Source of the DNA: a virus
IMG/VR virus record: IMGVR_UViG_3300011113_000642
Coordinates: 30,855 to 94,854 of that record
Direction: 5' to 3' (one strand)
Length of the DNA stretch: 64,000 bases
Numbering within the stretch: position 1 is the first letter of the stretch; the number at the start of each line of letters is the position of its first letter. A model generated the notes under the pieces. That model did not search any database, was not told the DNA's origin, and saw nothing but the letters and a program-made list of their open reading frames with translations. The translations under genes were made by a program, and so were the position numbers. Positions 9,909 to 20,160 of this stretch are shown here, one piece after another.

Positions 9909-10940
9909 ATGAAAAATAGAAAAAATACCCAAATTAACGAAGAACAAGTTGCCATGACCGGATACCCAATGTCCGCTGGCGGCTCTGATAGAGATATGTC
10001 TGGTCGTGGCTCAATGATTCCACAACCAGTAGTTACTGGCACTCCAGTCACAATGACTCCTCAAATTCCAACCACCATGGCCAAAAAAACAATGGCTCCA
10101 GTTGCAGCACCAGTTGCAACTTCAAAGGAATCAGAGGAAAATGAGGAGGCCGAGGAAATAGAAAACGAGTCTGAGTCCGAAGAAACCGAAGAGGCCATCG
10201 AAACTAACGAAGAGTTGAACGCCCAATTCCGCGATTCTTTGATTTCTCTTCTTGGTGAAGACGTTGATCCATCCGTTGTCACCAAACTTGAAGCTGTTTT
10301 TGAAGCTGCTGTAACAGATCGTGTTGAGCGCACTGTTGCTCAAATTGTTGAAAGTGTAGATGGCAACGTTAAAACTTATCTTGATGAAGTCACCGAATCT
10401 CTAGTAGAAAAGGTTGATGATTATCTTGATTATGTTGTTGAAGAATGGATGACCGAAAATGCAGTAGCTGTTGAGCAAGGTATCAAGACTCAAATTGCTG
10501 AAAACTTTATCAGTGGTCTAAAAAATCTCTTTGAAAATCACTACATTGATGTTCCAGCAGAGAAGTACAATGTTCTTGATGAACTCTATGCACAAAATCG
10601 TGAACTAGAGACCAAACTAAATGAATCCGTCAAGAATAACATGAATCTTAAGAAGGAAATTTCACTAACTGAATGCGCAGGCATATTTGTTGCTGAAACC
10701 CGCGATCTCGCTGATACTCAAGTAGCTAAACTTCAAGGTTTAATGGAAAACGTTTCCTTTGAAACCCCCGAAGAATATCGCGAAAAGCTCGTTGCTATTC
10801 GTGAAAATTACTTAACTCGCCCACGCCCAGCTGCCAAGGTAGCTGAGCCAGAACAAACTTTTGCTCCAGTAAAGCAAGTCCCCTCAACTCTTGTTGAGAG
10901 CTATGTTGGTGCACTAGGTAGACTTAATAAAAAAGTCTAA
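9909..10940 (+). CDS. gp22: prohead core scaffold gp22
   Basis: Acidic coiled coil; FEAAV, VDDYLDYVVEEWM.EN.VAVE.G, LKNLFENHYIDVP. Confidence 0.95.
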   Translation: MKNRKNTQINEEQVAMTGYPMSAGGSDRDMSGRGSMIPQPVVTGTPVTMTPQIPTTMAKKTMAPVAAPVATSKESEENEEAEEIENESESEETEEAIETNEELNAQFRDSLISLLGEDVDPSVVTKLEAVFEAAVTDRVERTVAQIVESVDGNVKTYLDEVTESLVEKVDDYLDYVVEEWMTENAVAVEQGIKTQIAENFISGLKNLFENHYIDVPAEKYNVLDELYAQNRELETKLNESVKNNMNLKKEISLTECAGIFVAETRDLADTQVAKLQGLMENVSFETPEEYREKLVAIRENYLTRPRPAAKVAEPEQTFAPVKQVPSTLVESYVGALGRLNKKV

Positions 10941-10951
10941 TTTTAAATTTT

Positions 10952-10959
10952 ACTAAATA
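10952..10959 (+). promoter_or_regulatory. late promoter upstream of major capsid gene
   Basis: ACTAAATA followed by AGGAG SD. Confidence 0.65.
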
Positions 10960-10989
10960 ATTTCAACTCACTAGGAGATAATAACTACA

Positions 10990-12399
10990 ATGCAATTTCA
11001 AGAAAACACACCATATGATATTCTCACCGAGAAGTGGGACCCTGTCATTAATCACGAAGCTCTTCCCAAGATTCAAGACGATTACCGCAAGAAGGTAACC
11101 GCCGTTCTCTTGGAGAACCAAGAACAAGCTCTTCGCCAACAACACCTCATTGAGGATATGGGTGGCAATGCTAATCTTGGTGGTCCAGCAACTTCTACTG
11201 GATACAATAACGGTCAAGTTTCTGGTTACGACCCAGTTCTAATCAGCTTGATTCGTCGTTCTATGCCAAACCTAATGGCATATGATATCTGCGGCGTTCA
11301 ACCAATGACCGCCCCAACCGGCCTTATCTTTGCTATGCGTGCCAACTACCAATACGGTGGTACAGGCTACACCTATGGCAATGCTGGTTATGTCGAAGCC
11401 ATGTTCCAAGAGCCACAACCATCTTACGGTGGTTCTGGTTGGACTCTAAACGCAACCTTTGCTGCTTCTAAAGGTCTTTCCGCTGGTTGGAACTATGCTT
11501 CCGGTGTAACTTCAACCGCTGCACAACTTGCTGCTCTTCGTGGTATTCTAACCGCTGATGGTGAAGGTATCGGTAAGAGTGGTAATTATGCTAACTGGAA
11601 TCAAATGGCCTTCTCAATCGACCGTGTTGCTGTCCAAGCTCGTACACGCGCTCTAAGCAGCAACTATACTGTCGAATTGGCTCAAGACCTCAAGGCTGTT
11701 CACGGTCTCGATGCTGAAGCCGAACTCGCAAATCTTCTCAGCACCGAAATTCTTGCTGAAATTAATCGCGAGATCGTCAAGACCATCTACTACGTTGCTA
11801 AGACAGGTACTCAACAACCTGATATTCAACAAAGGGGTGTTTACGATCTTGATATTGATTCTGATGGTCGTTGGTCTGCTGAACGCTTCCGTGGTCTCAG
11901 TTTCCAAATTGAGCGCGAATGCAATCAAATTGCCAAGGAAACCCGTCGTGGTAAGGGTAACTTCATTATCTGCGATAGCGATACCGCAGCTGCCCTCGCC
12001 ATGTCTGGCTTCATGAGCCTCAGCCCAGCAATTGCTCCTCAACTAAACGTTGATGATACTCAAAGCACATTTGCTGGTATTTTGAGTGGTAAGATCCGCG
12101 TCTACATCGATCCATATAGCCCAGCAGGATTTAACTTCTTCGTTACTGGCTATAAGGGCGAATCGCCATATGACGCTGGTCTCTTCTACTGCCCATACGT
12201 TCCTCTCCAAATGGTTCGTGCAGTAGATCCAAATACTTTCCAACCACGTATTGCCTTCAAGACCCGTTATGGTGTAGTTGCTAACCCATTCGTTATCAAC
12301 ACCACCACCGGCCAACCAGATGGTGAAACTCTCACCGCCGGCTTGAACCACTATTACCGCTTAACTAGCGTTACCAACCTCCACGGTAACACTATCTAA
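10990..12399 (+). CDS. gp23: major capsid protein gp23
   Basis: GVQPMTAPTGLIFAMR, ELAQDLKAVHGLDAEAELANLLSTEI, YCPYVPL, FQPRIAFKTRYG. Confidence 0.99.
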   Translation: MQFQENTPYDILTEKWDPVINHEALPKIQDDYRKKVTAVLLENQEQALRQQHLIEDMGGNANLGGPATSTGYNNGQVSGYDPVLISLIRRSMPNLMAYDICGVQPMTAPTGLIFAMRANYQYGGTGYTYGNAGYVEAMFQEPQPSYGGSGWTLNATFAASKGLSAGWNYASGVTSTAAQLAALRGILTADGEGIGKSGNYANWNQMAFSIDRVAVQARTRALSSNYTVELAQDLKAVHGLDAEAELANLLSTEILAEINREIVKTIYYVAKTGTQQPDIQQRGVYDLDIDSDGRWSAERFRGLSFQIERECNQIAKETRRGKGNFIICDSDTAAALAMSGFMSLSPAIAPQLNVDDTQSTFAGILSGKIRVYIDPYSPAGFNFFVTGYKGESPYDAGLFYCPYVPLQMVRAVDPNTFQPRIAFKTRYGVVANPFVINTTTGQPDGETLTAGLNHYYRLTSVTNLHGNTI

Positions 12400-12429
12400 T
12401 AGGTAACTAGAAGAAAGTAAGTAATAACG

Positions 12430-12464
12430 AAGACCTCCCCAGAAATGGGGAGGTCTTTCTTTTT
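12430..12464 (+). terminator. Rho-independent terminator after gp23
   Basis: AAGACCTCCCCA-GAAA-TGGGGAGGTCTT followed by T-tract. Confidence 0.9.
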
Positions 12465-12478
12465 GGATAAATAATAGT

Positions 12479-12997
12479 ATGAGTTGTATTCAAAACATCA
12501 ACCCACTTTATAACAGTTATTTTACATTAATTTTTGGAAGAGGTACAGATCAATTTGAACTGACTTGCCAAAAAGCAAACTTACCTGGATGCACTGTACC
12601 AGATACAGCACAACCAACAATTTTTGGTACAACTGTACCAATTCCAACAATGCAGTTTAACTATGAAACTTTAAATGTAGAATTTATTGTTGATTCGGAA
12701 TTAGAAAATTGGAAAAGTTTATATTCTTGGATGAGAAATATGGCAAATATTGAAACAGATGAAGAATATAATTTAACTTATCAAAGCTGGCACCACGAAG
12801 CAACTTTAACAATTTTTGATCCGGCCACCAAATGTTCAAATTTAGTAGTTACCTTTAAATACATTATTCCAACAAATTTGAGTGGTTTAATTTTTCAAAG
12901 TGATAGCGCAGATGCAATTTTACAAAAAGCTACCTGCCGTTTTAAATTTTCCTATTATACACTTTCTCCAGACGCTCCCAATAAATTAAAATCTTAA
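12479..12997 (+). CDS. gp3: tail completion protein gp3
   Basis: CQKANLPG, YETLNVEFIVDSELENW..LYSWM; GATAAATA late promoter at 12466. Confidence 0.88.
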   Translation: MSCIQNINPLYNSYFTLIFGRGTDQFELTCQKANLPGCTVPDTAQPTIFGTTVPIPTMQFNYETLNVEFIVDSELENWKSLYSWMRNMANIETDEEYNLTYQSWHHEATLTIFDPATKCSNLVVTFKYIIPTNLSGLIFQSDSADAILQKATCRFKFSYYTLSPDAPNKLKS

Positions 12998-13671
12998 ATA
13001 TAATCTTCTGGGTTATCTGACCAGCTTTCAGCTGAATTGGGGTTTCCCTCTGGATTAAATGGTATTTCATTCGTTGTAGGTTTAACTCTGCTGCGTTTTT
13101 TCTTCTTGGGTGGGGTCTTGGGCTGTTCTTGAAGTGGTTCGCTTATAGAGGATTCTGGCAATAATGGAGGTAATTCTTCAGAATTTTCCTCCTCTAACAT
13201 TTCTTCAAATGCCCCCTCTGCCTCAAAAGTTTCAATTAAATCATTTACAAAATTTACAAAATCTTCATTATTAAAAAGTTCATTTAATAATTGCAAGCCA
13301 TGTTCTGGATTTAAAAATTCATCCCCATTTCCATTTGTTATTATGGAAGAAGGATCAGTTTTCATAGTAATAAAAAACATATCATACATTTTTTTTAGTT
13401 CCCCTATGGGGGAAGCAATGTACATAATACTATTTCTGTTTATTGTAATTTCAAAATTTTCAACATTAACAGCGTAATTAGTCAGTTTTACAAGTTCAAC
13501 AATATTTCCATTTTCATCTTTACTGTAACCATTTTCAATTTTTGCTGGTAAGGTTAAAACTATTTTATCAACGGTTGCATCACGAATTATTCCTAATAAC
13601 TCGTCACCATTAATAAGCTTTACGACTCTTACAATCCCATCGAAATGAGATGCGGGTACTAGGTCAGACAT
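12994..13671 (-). CDS. conserved T4-like hypothetical protein (VKL.NGDEL, Sm-like N-terminus, acidic tail) that normally follows uvsW
   Basis: VRVVKLINGDELLG motif; AGGAGG SD; synteny. Confidence 0.65.
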   Translation of the reverse strand: MSDLVPASHFDGIVRVVKLINGDELLGIIRDATVDKIVLTLPAKIENGYSKDENGNIVELVKLTNYAVNVENFEITINRNSIMYIASPIGELKKMYDMFFITMKTDPSSIITNGNGDEFLNPEHGLQLLNELFNNEDFVNFVNDLIETFEAEGAFEEMLEEENSEELPPLLPESSISEPLQEQPKTPPKKKKRSRVKPTTNEIPFNPEGNPNSAESWSDNPEDYI

Positions 13672-13686
13672 AGCAGCCCTCCTAAT

Positions 13687-15195
13687 TTATTTATCTTTAG
13701 GGTGATCTGCAATACCTATAGAAATAATTTTATGATCAAACTTTTCTCTTGTGTATATTTTTACACGCTCTTCAAAATGTTTGAGTACATGATTTTTATG
13801 CGACTTCCAAGATAAGTCGTCAACAATATCATATACTTTGAGAGATTTTTTTCTATCAGATACTCTTAAACCTCTACCGATGCTCTGTAGCAATCTAATT
13901 ACAGATTTAGTAGGAGAGGCAAAGATGATATTATCAAGATTAACAATGTTGATACCAGCACTAGTAGTGCCATAGCTAGCCACAAGGATGGCGTCTTTTT
14001 CTTTATCAATGACTCTGCGGATATATTCTCTTGCTTCTGCGTCTGTTTTGCCTGATATGAAATAAACTTTTCTATCGCCTGCAGCTGCTTCAATGAGAGA
14101 CGCGAGGGGTCTTCCATGGATCTCGACATAGTTGAAGAGAATAAGGGTGTTACCTTTGGTTCGGAGGGCAAGTTCTTTGATAAATTGGTTTCTTTGCTCA
14201 TGGGTTACCACCCATTTTATTTCATCTGCATAACGCTGTTTTTTGACTAGTTGTTTTTCTTCGTCCTTATATTTAAGGATTATACAATCTACATCAAGCT
14301 TTGCAAGCAATCCCTTATTCATTAAGTTTTTGGTTTGAATAAACTGAATTGCTGGACCAAGAATACCTTCAATACTAAGTCTGTGCGCTTGAGTTTGTTG
14401 AAGGGTTCCAGTTGTTCCTATTCTAAACCAAGCTTTAGAAAGTTTTTGACCAATAAAGTTTATAGATTCTGCTTTTGCTTGGTGGCATTCGTCAAAAAAT
14501 ATCGCATCAAATTGATCAAACCAAACTTTCGGTAATTTATAAATTGATTGCCAAGTAGATATTACTATCTGTTTATTTGTATCTTTTTCTTGGCCAGCCG
14601 ATATTTTGTGAATGTATTTTTTACATGACCAGGATTTGTCTTGACTGGAATAATCAAAAAAATCGGCCTCCATCTGATTGACGAGGCCAACGGTCGGAAC
14701 TAGAATTAAAATTTTGCGGTCTGTATTTAAAACCTTTTGCAGATATCGAACCAATACGTATATAATAAGACTTTTGCCTGAGCCAGTCGGTGATATTATT
14801 ACTGATCGATGATTGTTCAATGCATGCAAGATAGCCTGTTGCTGGTGAGCATGCATACGTACAGCCTGCTTGCGGACGGAGACCTTCAGTGATTCGTAAA
14901 AATGAGCAAGTTGTTCCTCGGTAGCACATAGAGGATTTTTACTCTCTTTAATATTTAGTGAGTATCCACGATCTTTGGAAAACTTTTCAAGGTAAGTTTT
15001 TAAACCTCTTGGTAGGGTGGAAGACAAAATATCATATAACCGTATTTTACCATCCCATAACCTACGTTTAAACATAGGCATATACTGAGCCCCCGGAACC
15101 ATAAATGAAAAATAGTCCCGCAGTTCTTGTTTTAGTCCTTTTTCTGTCTTTACATAATAACGGACTTCATCAATAGATTCAACATCAATATCCAC
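13687..15195 (-). CDS. uvsW: UvsW DNA helicase
   Basis: WDGKIRL, SPTGSGKS, DECH, LQSIGRGLR. Confidence 0.96.
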   Translation of the reverse strand: MDIDVESIDEVRYYVKTEKGLKQELRDYFSFMVPGAQYMPMFKRRLWDGKIRLYDILSSTLPRGLKTYLEKFSKDRGYSLNIKESKNPLCATEEQLAHFYESLKVSVRKQAVRMHAHQQQAILHALNNHRSVIISPTGSGKSLIIYVLVRYLQKVLNTDRKILILVPTVGLVNQMEADFFDYSSQDKSWSCKKYIHKISAGQEKDTNKQIVISTWQSIYKLPKVWFDQFDAIFFDECHQAKAESINFIGQKLSKAWFRIGTTGTLQQTQAHRLSIEGILGPAIQFIQTKNLMNKGLLAKLDVDCIILKYKDEEKQLVKKQRYADEIKWVVTHEQRNQFIKELALRTKGNTLILFNYVEIHGRPLASLIEAAAGDRKVYFISGKTDAEAREYIRRVIDKEKDAILVASYGTTSAGINIVNLDNIIFASPTKSVIRLLQSIGRGLRVSDRKKSLKVYDIVDDLSWKSHKNHVLKHFEERVKIYTREKFDHKIISIGIADHPKDK

Positions 15196-15202
15196 ATAAT
15201 AT

Positions 15203-15640
15203 TTAGACGATACCGTTCATCATTTTTTGCCAGTCAATTGCTGACTTGATGGTAAAATTCCTATTATTCAAAGCTTTTAAAAATTCTTCAACCATTTTAA
15301 CTTTAACTTCTAGTACAGCAATTTTAGATTTCATCTTGATAAGTTTTTCATCACCTTCGATAAACTTTTCAACATCTGTTTTTAAAATATCAAGATCAAA
15401 TGGCTCTTCGTTCCACGCCTCAAGTTCTTCTTTGGATGCCTTACCAGTTAAAATTTTCCATTTACGTAATTTTTGAATTGCATAATCATTTTGATTTTTA
15501 GTCAAAAGCAATTTAAAATCTGACAATAAATTGAGGTACTTTCCATGAATCTGTGGTATCTTTAAAGCTTCGTTTCCAAGTTCTGTAGAATCCACTTGAG
15601 AGTCTTTAGTTATATTGTTTTTTAGATCTTCTAAATCCAT
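15203..15640 (-). CDS. uvsY: UvsY recombination mediator
   Basis: IPQIHGKY, PFDLDILKTD, NRNFTIKSAIDW. Confidence 0.9.
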   Translation of the reverse strand: MDLEDLKNNITKDSQVDSTELGNEALKIPQIHGKYLNLLSDFKLLLTKNQNDYAIQKLRKWKILTGKASKEELEAWNEEPFDLDILKTDVEKFIEGDEKLIKMKSKIAVLEVKVKMVEEFLKALNNRNFTIKSAIDWQKMMNGIV

Positions 15641-15674
15641 ATTACCAGTGTACTTTGAAGGTAAATAAAGTCAA
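15641..15674 (-). promoter_or_regulatory. sigma70-type promoter, leaderless, for uvsY
   Basis: Minus strand TTGACT-N16-TACACT-N6-ATG. Confidence 0.7.
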
Positions 15675-15683
15675 CTAAATATC

Positions 15684-15722
15684 TTGACTATCTTATTCAA
15701 TGTATTATATTATTTGTGAGGT
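15684..15722 (+). promoter_or_regulatory. sigma70-type promoter and SD for the glycan island (divergent from uvsY)
   Basis: TTGACT-N16-TATATT then GAGGT before ATG 15726. Confidence 0.65.
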
Positions 15723-15725
15723 TAT

Positions 15726-16361
15726 ATGATTATAGATCTTCGCGAAATACCAGTAGTCTGGATTAATTTAGATTCTGCAACAGAAAATGCTAAAGTTATG
15801 CAGGATCGTTTAAATCAACGTGGATTTAAAAATACTTACAGAAAATCTGCTAGAATTATTGTTGCTCCACCCGGAACAATTCCAAGCAATGCTCATTATG
15901 TTGGTTGTGCACAATCACATATTGATATTTTAGATGATTCAAATTATGGTACGCCTCTTTTAATTTTAGAAGATGATGCTGAATTTTCTGAAGCATTTAA
16001 TCCTATAATTAATATTCCAGATAATGCAGATGGTATTTATTTAGGAGTTTCTACTGGAAATAGAGGATACAAAACAAAAAGATATAATCAAGATTACTTA
16101 AGAATTGGTGGTATTTTGGCCACACACGCAATTTTATATGTAAAACCAGATTTTAAAACTATAATGTCACAGGCCGCTAAACATTGCATATACGATTTAC
16201 AACAACCATGGGATGTAGGTGCAGCTTCTGTGCAGTTTCATACTAAAGTTTATACTCCAAATAAGCCTTATTTTTATCAAGCAGATTCTCGACAATCTGC
16301 AAATAAATGGCAATTTTTTACTGATCAAGAATTGGAAGATAGAAATTCGGAATATTTATGA
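15726..16361 (+). CDS. glycosyltransferase, GT25-like
   Basis: VWINLD, GCAQSH, LILEDDA, LATHAILY. Confidence 0.8.
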   Translation: MIIDLREIPVVWINLDSATENAKVMQDRLNQRGFKNTYRKSARIIVAPPGTIPSNAHYVGCAQSHIDILDDSNYGTPLLILEDDAEFSEAFNPIINIPDNADGIYLGVSTGNRGYKTKRYNQDYLRIGGILATHAILYVKPDFKTIMSQAAKHCIYDLQQPWDVGAASVQFHTKVYTPNKPYFYQADSRQSANKWQFFTDQELEDRNSEYL

Positions 16362-17146
16362 TTACATTTAAATCTTTAGGCAATTATGGTAGATTTGGAA
16401 ATCAAATGTTTCAATACGCTACGCTTTTTGCAATAGCCAAAAAAAGAAAATATCAATTTGGTGTACCGTATAAAAATCGCCACCAAAACGATTACACGGA
16501 TTTTTGTTTACCAGATTGTTTTCCAAATTTAACAGCAAAAAATTCATCTGACGCAAATATTAAATTTGTAGCACAACAATTTATTTTTGAATACAATCCG
16601 GGTATTTTTGGTATTCTAGACGACACCGATATACGTGGTTATTTTCAAAGTGAAAAATATTTTGTTGATTACCGTGAACAACTTTTAAAAGAATATGAAT
16701 TTAGTAAGCAAATAAAAGATAAAGCTTTAGATATAAGGTCACTGACACAAAAACAAGCTATATCGATTCACATTCGTTTGGGTGATTATGTCAACCAACA
16801 ACAAAATCATCCTGTTTGTTCGATTGATTATTACGCTGAAGCATTGGAACAACTTCCAGATGACTTGCTGATTTATGTTTTTAGTGATGAAAATAAAAAA
16901 GCCGAACAAATTTTTAAATCATTGAATAAAAAAATAGTGTTCACAGAATCATCGGACAAATATGTTGATATGTGTACTATGGCATTATGTGATTATCATA
17001 TCATAGCTAATAGTTCTTTTAGCTGGTGGGGGGCATGGTTGTCTAATTCCAAGAAAGTAATAGCCCCATCTAAATGGTTTGGTAATGCTGAACACATGCC
17101 AAAGAATTGGTCAGATGTTTATTGTGAAGGATGGGTTGTAATATGA
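16358..17146 (+). CDS. alpha-1,2-fucosyltransferase family (GT11)
   Basis: GRFGNQMFQYA, GYFQSEKYF, HIRLGDY, IIANSSFSWWGAWL. Confidence 0.92.
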   Translation: MITFKSLGNYGRFGNQMFQYATLFAIAKKRKYQFGVPYKNRHQNDYTDFCLPDCFPNLTAKNSSDANIKFVAQQFIFEYNPGIFGILDDTDIRGYFQSEKYFVDYREQLLKEYEFSKQIKDKALDIRSLTQKQAISIHIRLGDYVNQQQNHPVCSIDYYAEALEQLPDDLLIYVFSDENKKAEQIFKSLNKKIVFTESSDKYVDMCTMALCDYHIIANSSFSWWGAWLSNSKKVIAPSKWFGNAEHMPKNWSDVYCEGWVVI

Positions 17147-17982
17147 ATACAGAAAATGTTACAGCCATAATTCCAATAAGAATTGATTCACCAGAACGAT
17201 TAAAAAATATTAATACAACAATTTCCTTTTTATTAAAATTTTATAACTGTAAAATTATAGTAAAAGAAGTTGATGCAAATCAAAAAGTTTTTTTAAAAAA
17301 TAATCCAAGACTTACTTACATTTTTGAACAAACAAATGATTTATCTTATTTTCACAGAACCAAAATATTAAATGATATGTTATTTCTTGTTGAAACAAAA
17401 TACACAATCAATTATGATTGTGATATATTGATTCCACAAGAAAATATGTACAAAACATTAAAAATGTTAGAAGAGGGATATGATTTTGTTTTTCCTTATG
17501 CAAAAGGAACTTTTTTAACATATTGGAATTTTAATGATCAGCAAATAGAAAAAATTTTATCTGACACCGATACATCTTGGTTGTCTTATTTGTTAAAAAA
17601 ATACCCCATATCAACGATTCATCCAGGCTTAGAAGTATTTAAAAAATTAAATTTAGGCAAAATAATTACAGCTGGGGGAATTCAATTTATTAAAACAGAT
17701 TCATATAAAAAAGCATTTGGAGAAAACGAATCTTTTATAGATTGGGGTCCAGAAGATCAGGAAAGGTTATATAGATTTTTTATTTTAGGATATAAGATAG
17801 GCTGGATTGATTTTAACTGTGTAATTCATATGAATCACCCAAAATCAGCAGCGACTGACGCCAATAATATGTACAATCAAAAAAACCACGAATTGTGGGA
17901 TTACATTACAAGTACATTTAAAACTAAAGAACAGTTAACAGATTATTTAAAATTGTTACCTTATACAAATAGGTTTTTATGA
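17143..17982 (+). CDS. GT-A glycosyltransferase (GT2/GT7C galactosyltransferase-like)
   Basis: IIPIRID..ERL.N, YDCD (DxD), ENESFIDWGPED. Confidence 0.8.
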   Translation: MNTENVTAIIPIRIDSPERLKNINTTISFLLKFYNCKIIVKEVDANQKVFLKNNPRLTYIFEQTNDLSYFHRTKILNDMLFLVETKYTINYDCDILIPQENMYKTLKMLEEGYDFVFPYAKGTFLTYWNFNDQQIEKILSDTDTSWLSYLLKKYPISTIHPGLEVFKKLNLGKIITAGGIQFIKTDSYKKAFGENESFIDWGPEDQERLYRFFILGYKIGWIDFNCVIHMNHPKSAATDANNMYNQKNHELWDYITSTFKTKEQLTDYLKLLPYTNRFL

Positions 17983-18911
17983 AAAACACAAAGTATAAAA
18001 TTATTTTTTGGGGTTATCCACTACACACCGACACATTAAGTTATGTGTGGCATGCTCTGAAGAGAGCATTTGAATATCTTGGTTATGAATGTTATTGGTT
18101 TGATGACAATACATGTCCAGATAACTTTAATTATGAAAACTGTGTGTTTGTTACTGAAGGTAAGGCATGCAATAAGATGCCTATCCTAAAGGACAATACT
18201 TATATTGTGCATTATCTACATCAACCAGAACGGTTTCTCGGTAATGTCAATAGATTGATAGACATGAGGTATATGATAGATCGCCATTTTGGTGATCCGT
18301 TGTATACATGGGAATTTGATAAAAACAATTGCATTAAATTAGATGACGGGATTTATTATGATAATAATGCAGTACCTTATGAAAAAATTTACATAGCTTG
18401 GGCTACAAATTTATTACCACATGAAATAAATTTTGAAAATCGTTTTATCGAAAGAAAACCAGTTTTTAATTTTATAGGATCCATAAGCCCGAGCCATCAA
18501 TGGGGGCAGCATGATCAAATTCAAGAATTTATGGATGAATGTAGTAAAAACAACATTGTTTGTAACCATTACAATCCTTGGGTCAACCCACAAACGGAAG
18601 AAAATTTAATAAAATTAACACAGGAGTCTATTATTGCTCCAGACTTTCGTGGTCCAAAACATTTAGAAATAGGTCTTATGCCTTGTAGGTTATTTAAAAA
18701 CATATCCTATGGCCAATTAGGATTAACAAATTCGCCAAGAGCACATTATTATTTAGAAGAGACCACCGTTTTTTCTAACTCACCGTCTGAAATATTTTAT
18801 TTAGGGATGAATAATAAGACCAACTATGATTTGATAAAAAAACAAATGGAGTTAGTCAAAGCAAAACATACTTACATAAATAGAATACGTGGGCTGATTA
18901 AATTATTATAA
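17979..18911 (+). CDS. GT-B glycosyltransferase (CgeB/Glyco_trans_1_2-like)
   Basis: PCRLFKNISYG and C-terminal VKAKHTYINR motifs; island context. Confidence 0.65.
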   Translation: MKNTKYKIIFWGYPLHTDTLSYVWHALKRAFEYLGYECYWFDDNTCPDNFNYENCVFVTEGKACNKMPILKDNTYIVHYLHQPERFLGNVNRLIDMRYMIDRHFGDPLYTWEFDKNNCIKLDDGIYYDNNAVPYEKIYIAWATNLLPHEINFENRFIERKPVFNFIGSISPSHQWGQHDQIQEFMDECSKNNIVCNHYNPWVNPQTEENLIKLTQESIIAPDFRGPKHLEIGLMPCRLFKNISYGQLGLTNSPRAHYYLEETTVFSNSPSEIFYLGMNNKTNYDLIKKQMELVKAKHTYINRIRGLIKLL

Positions 18912-18927
18912 CAAAGTGAGTATTTAA

Positions 18928-19536
18928 ATGTTTTATAGTGATGCAAAACAAGATGAATTTATAGCTAGATTATTAAATTTTTCTAAAAAAGGTTTTTATG
19001 TTGATATTGGAAGCTGTGGTGCGATAGAATCGAACAATACTTATTTTTTTGAAAGTTTAATGTGGAATGGAATATGCATAGAACTTGAAGCTAGGTATAA
19101 CCATACTTATTCCGCTCGTAATTGCAAATATCTAAATGCAGACGCATTGAAGATAAATTATAAAAAATTATTTGAAGAAGTATCTGCTCCAGACAATATT
19201 GATTATTTGTCTTTAGACATTGACACACAGAGTGTTAATGTTTTAAAATTGTTACCCTTTGACACTTACATTTTTAAAATTATAACAATCGAACACGATG
19301 CATATCTATATGGTGACATCTATAAGTCAGAACAAACTAATATTTTGGCTTCTTTTGGATATATAAAACTGTTTGAAAATGTTTTTGTCCAACAAGTTGG
19401 TTTTAATAAATTAAATTGCCCCTTTGAAGACTGGTGGGTTCATCCTAGTTTTTTTGATTTAAACAAGTTAACTAATTTAAAATCCTGCAACGTATATCCA
19501 TCCGAAATAATAGAAAAGTTAAAAAACTATGATTAA
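18928..19536 (+). CDS. FkbM-like (Methyltransf_21) SAM methyltransferase
   Basis: QD, GFYVDIGS, SNNTYFFE, WNGICIE, IDYLSLDID, FEDWW. Confidence 0.8.
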   Translation: MFYSDAKQDEFIARLLNFSKKGFYVDIGSCGAIESNNTYFFESLMWNGICIELEARYNHTYSARNCKYLNADALKINYKKLFEEVSAPDNIDYLSLDIDTQSVNVLKLLPFDTYIFKIITIEHDAYLYGDIYKSEQTNILASFGYIKLFENVFVQQVGFNKLNCPFEDWWVHPSFFDLNKLTNLKSCNVYPSEIIEKLKNYD

Positions 19537-20158
19537 AAAATTTTTTGCTGAACACAATTTTGACGAATATATCAGAAATAAATTTTTTTCAGATTATTCA
19601 AAACCCGGGACAATAGTTGAAGTTGGCGCAGCTACTCCGGATTTTATTTCAATGTCCAGACATTTTAAATTAAATAACTGGCGGACAATCGTTGTGGAAC
19701 CAAATCCCCATTTTGTTGAACTACACAAGCAATTAAATAATGAAATATATCCTTATGCTTGTTCATTTGAAAATAAAGATGATGTAGATTTTACATTAGT
19801 TCACGTCAATAATGGTCAAATTACAAATCATTCATTTTCTTCTTTTTATATAAAAGAAGAATATATTGCAAAAAATCACAACTGGCCCACTACATTACCA
19901 AAAACTACAATCAAAGTTAAACAGCGAACTTTAGATTTTATTTTACAAGAAGCAAACGTTAATGAAATTGACTTGCTTGTGGTTGATGTAGAGGGTTGGG
20001 AAATTGAAGTAATAAAAGGATTAACAAGAATAAAACCAAAACTTATAATATTGGAAAATATATTTAATAATATGGATTATAGAAGATATATGGTCTCCAT
20101 TGGTTATAGTTTTTTAGAACATCGTTACAACGATGATGTATACACCTTAGTATCTTAA
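19529..20158 (+). CDS. FkbM family methyltransferase
   Basis: VEVGA, VEPNP, IDLLVVDVEGWEIEV. Confidence 0.85.
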   Translation: MIKKFFAEHNFDEYIRNKFFSDYSKPGTIVEVGAATPDFISMSRHFKLNNWRTIVVEPNPHFVELHKQLNNEIYPYACSFENKDDVDFTLVHVNNGQITNHSFSSFYIKEEYIAKNHNWPTTLPKTTIKVKQRTLDFILQEANVNEIDLLVVDVEGWEIEVIKGLTRIKPKLIILENIFNNMDYRRYMVSIGYSFLEHRYNDDVYTLVS

Positions 20159-20160
20159 AT

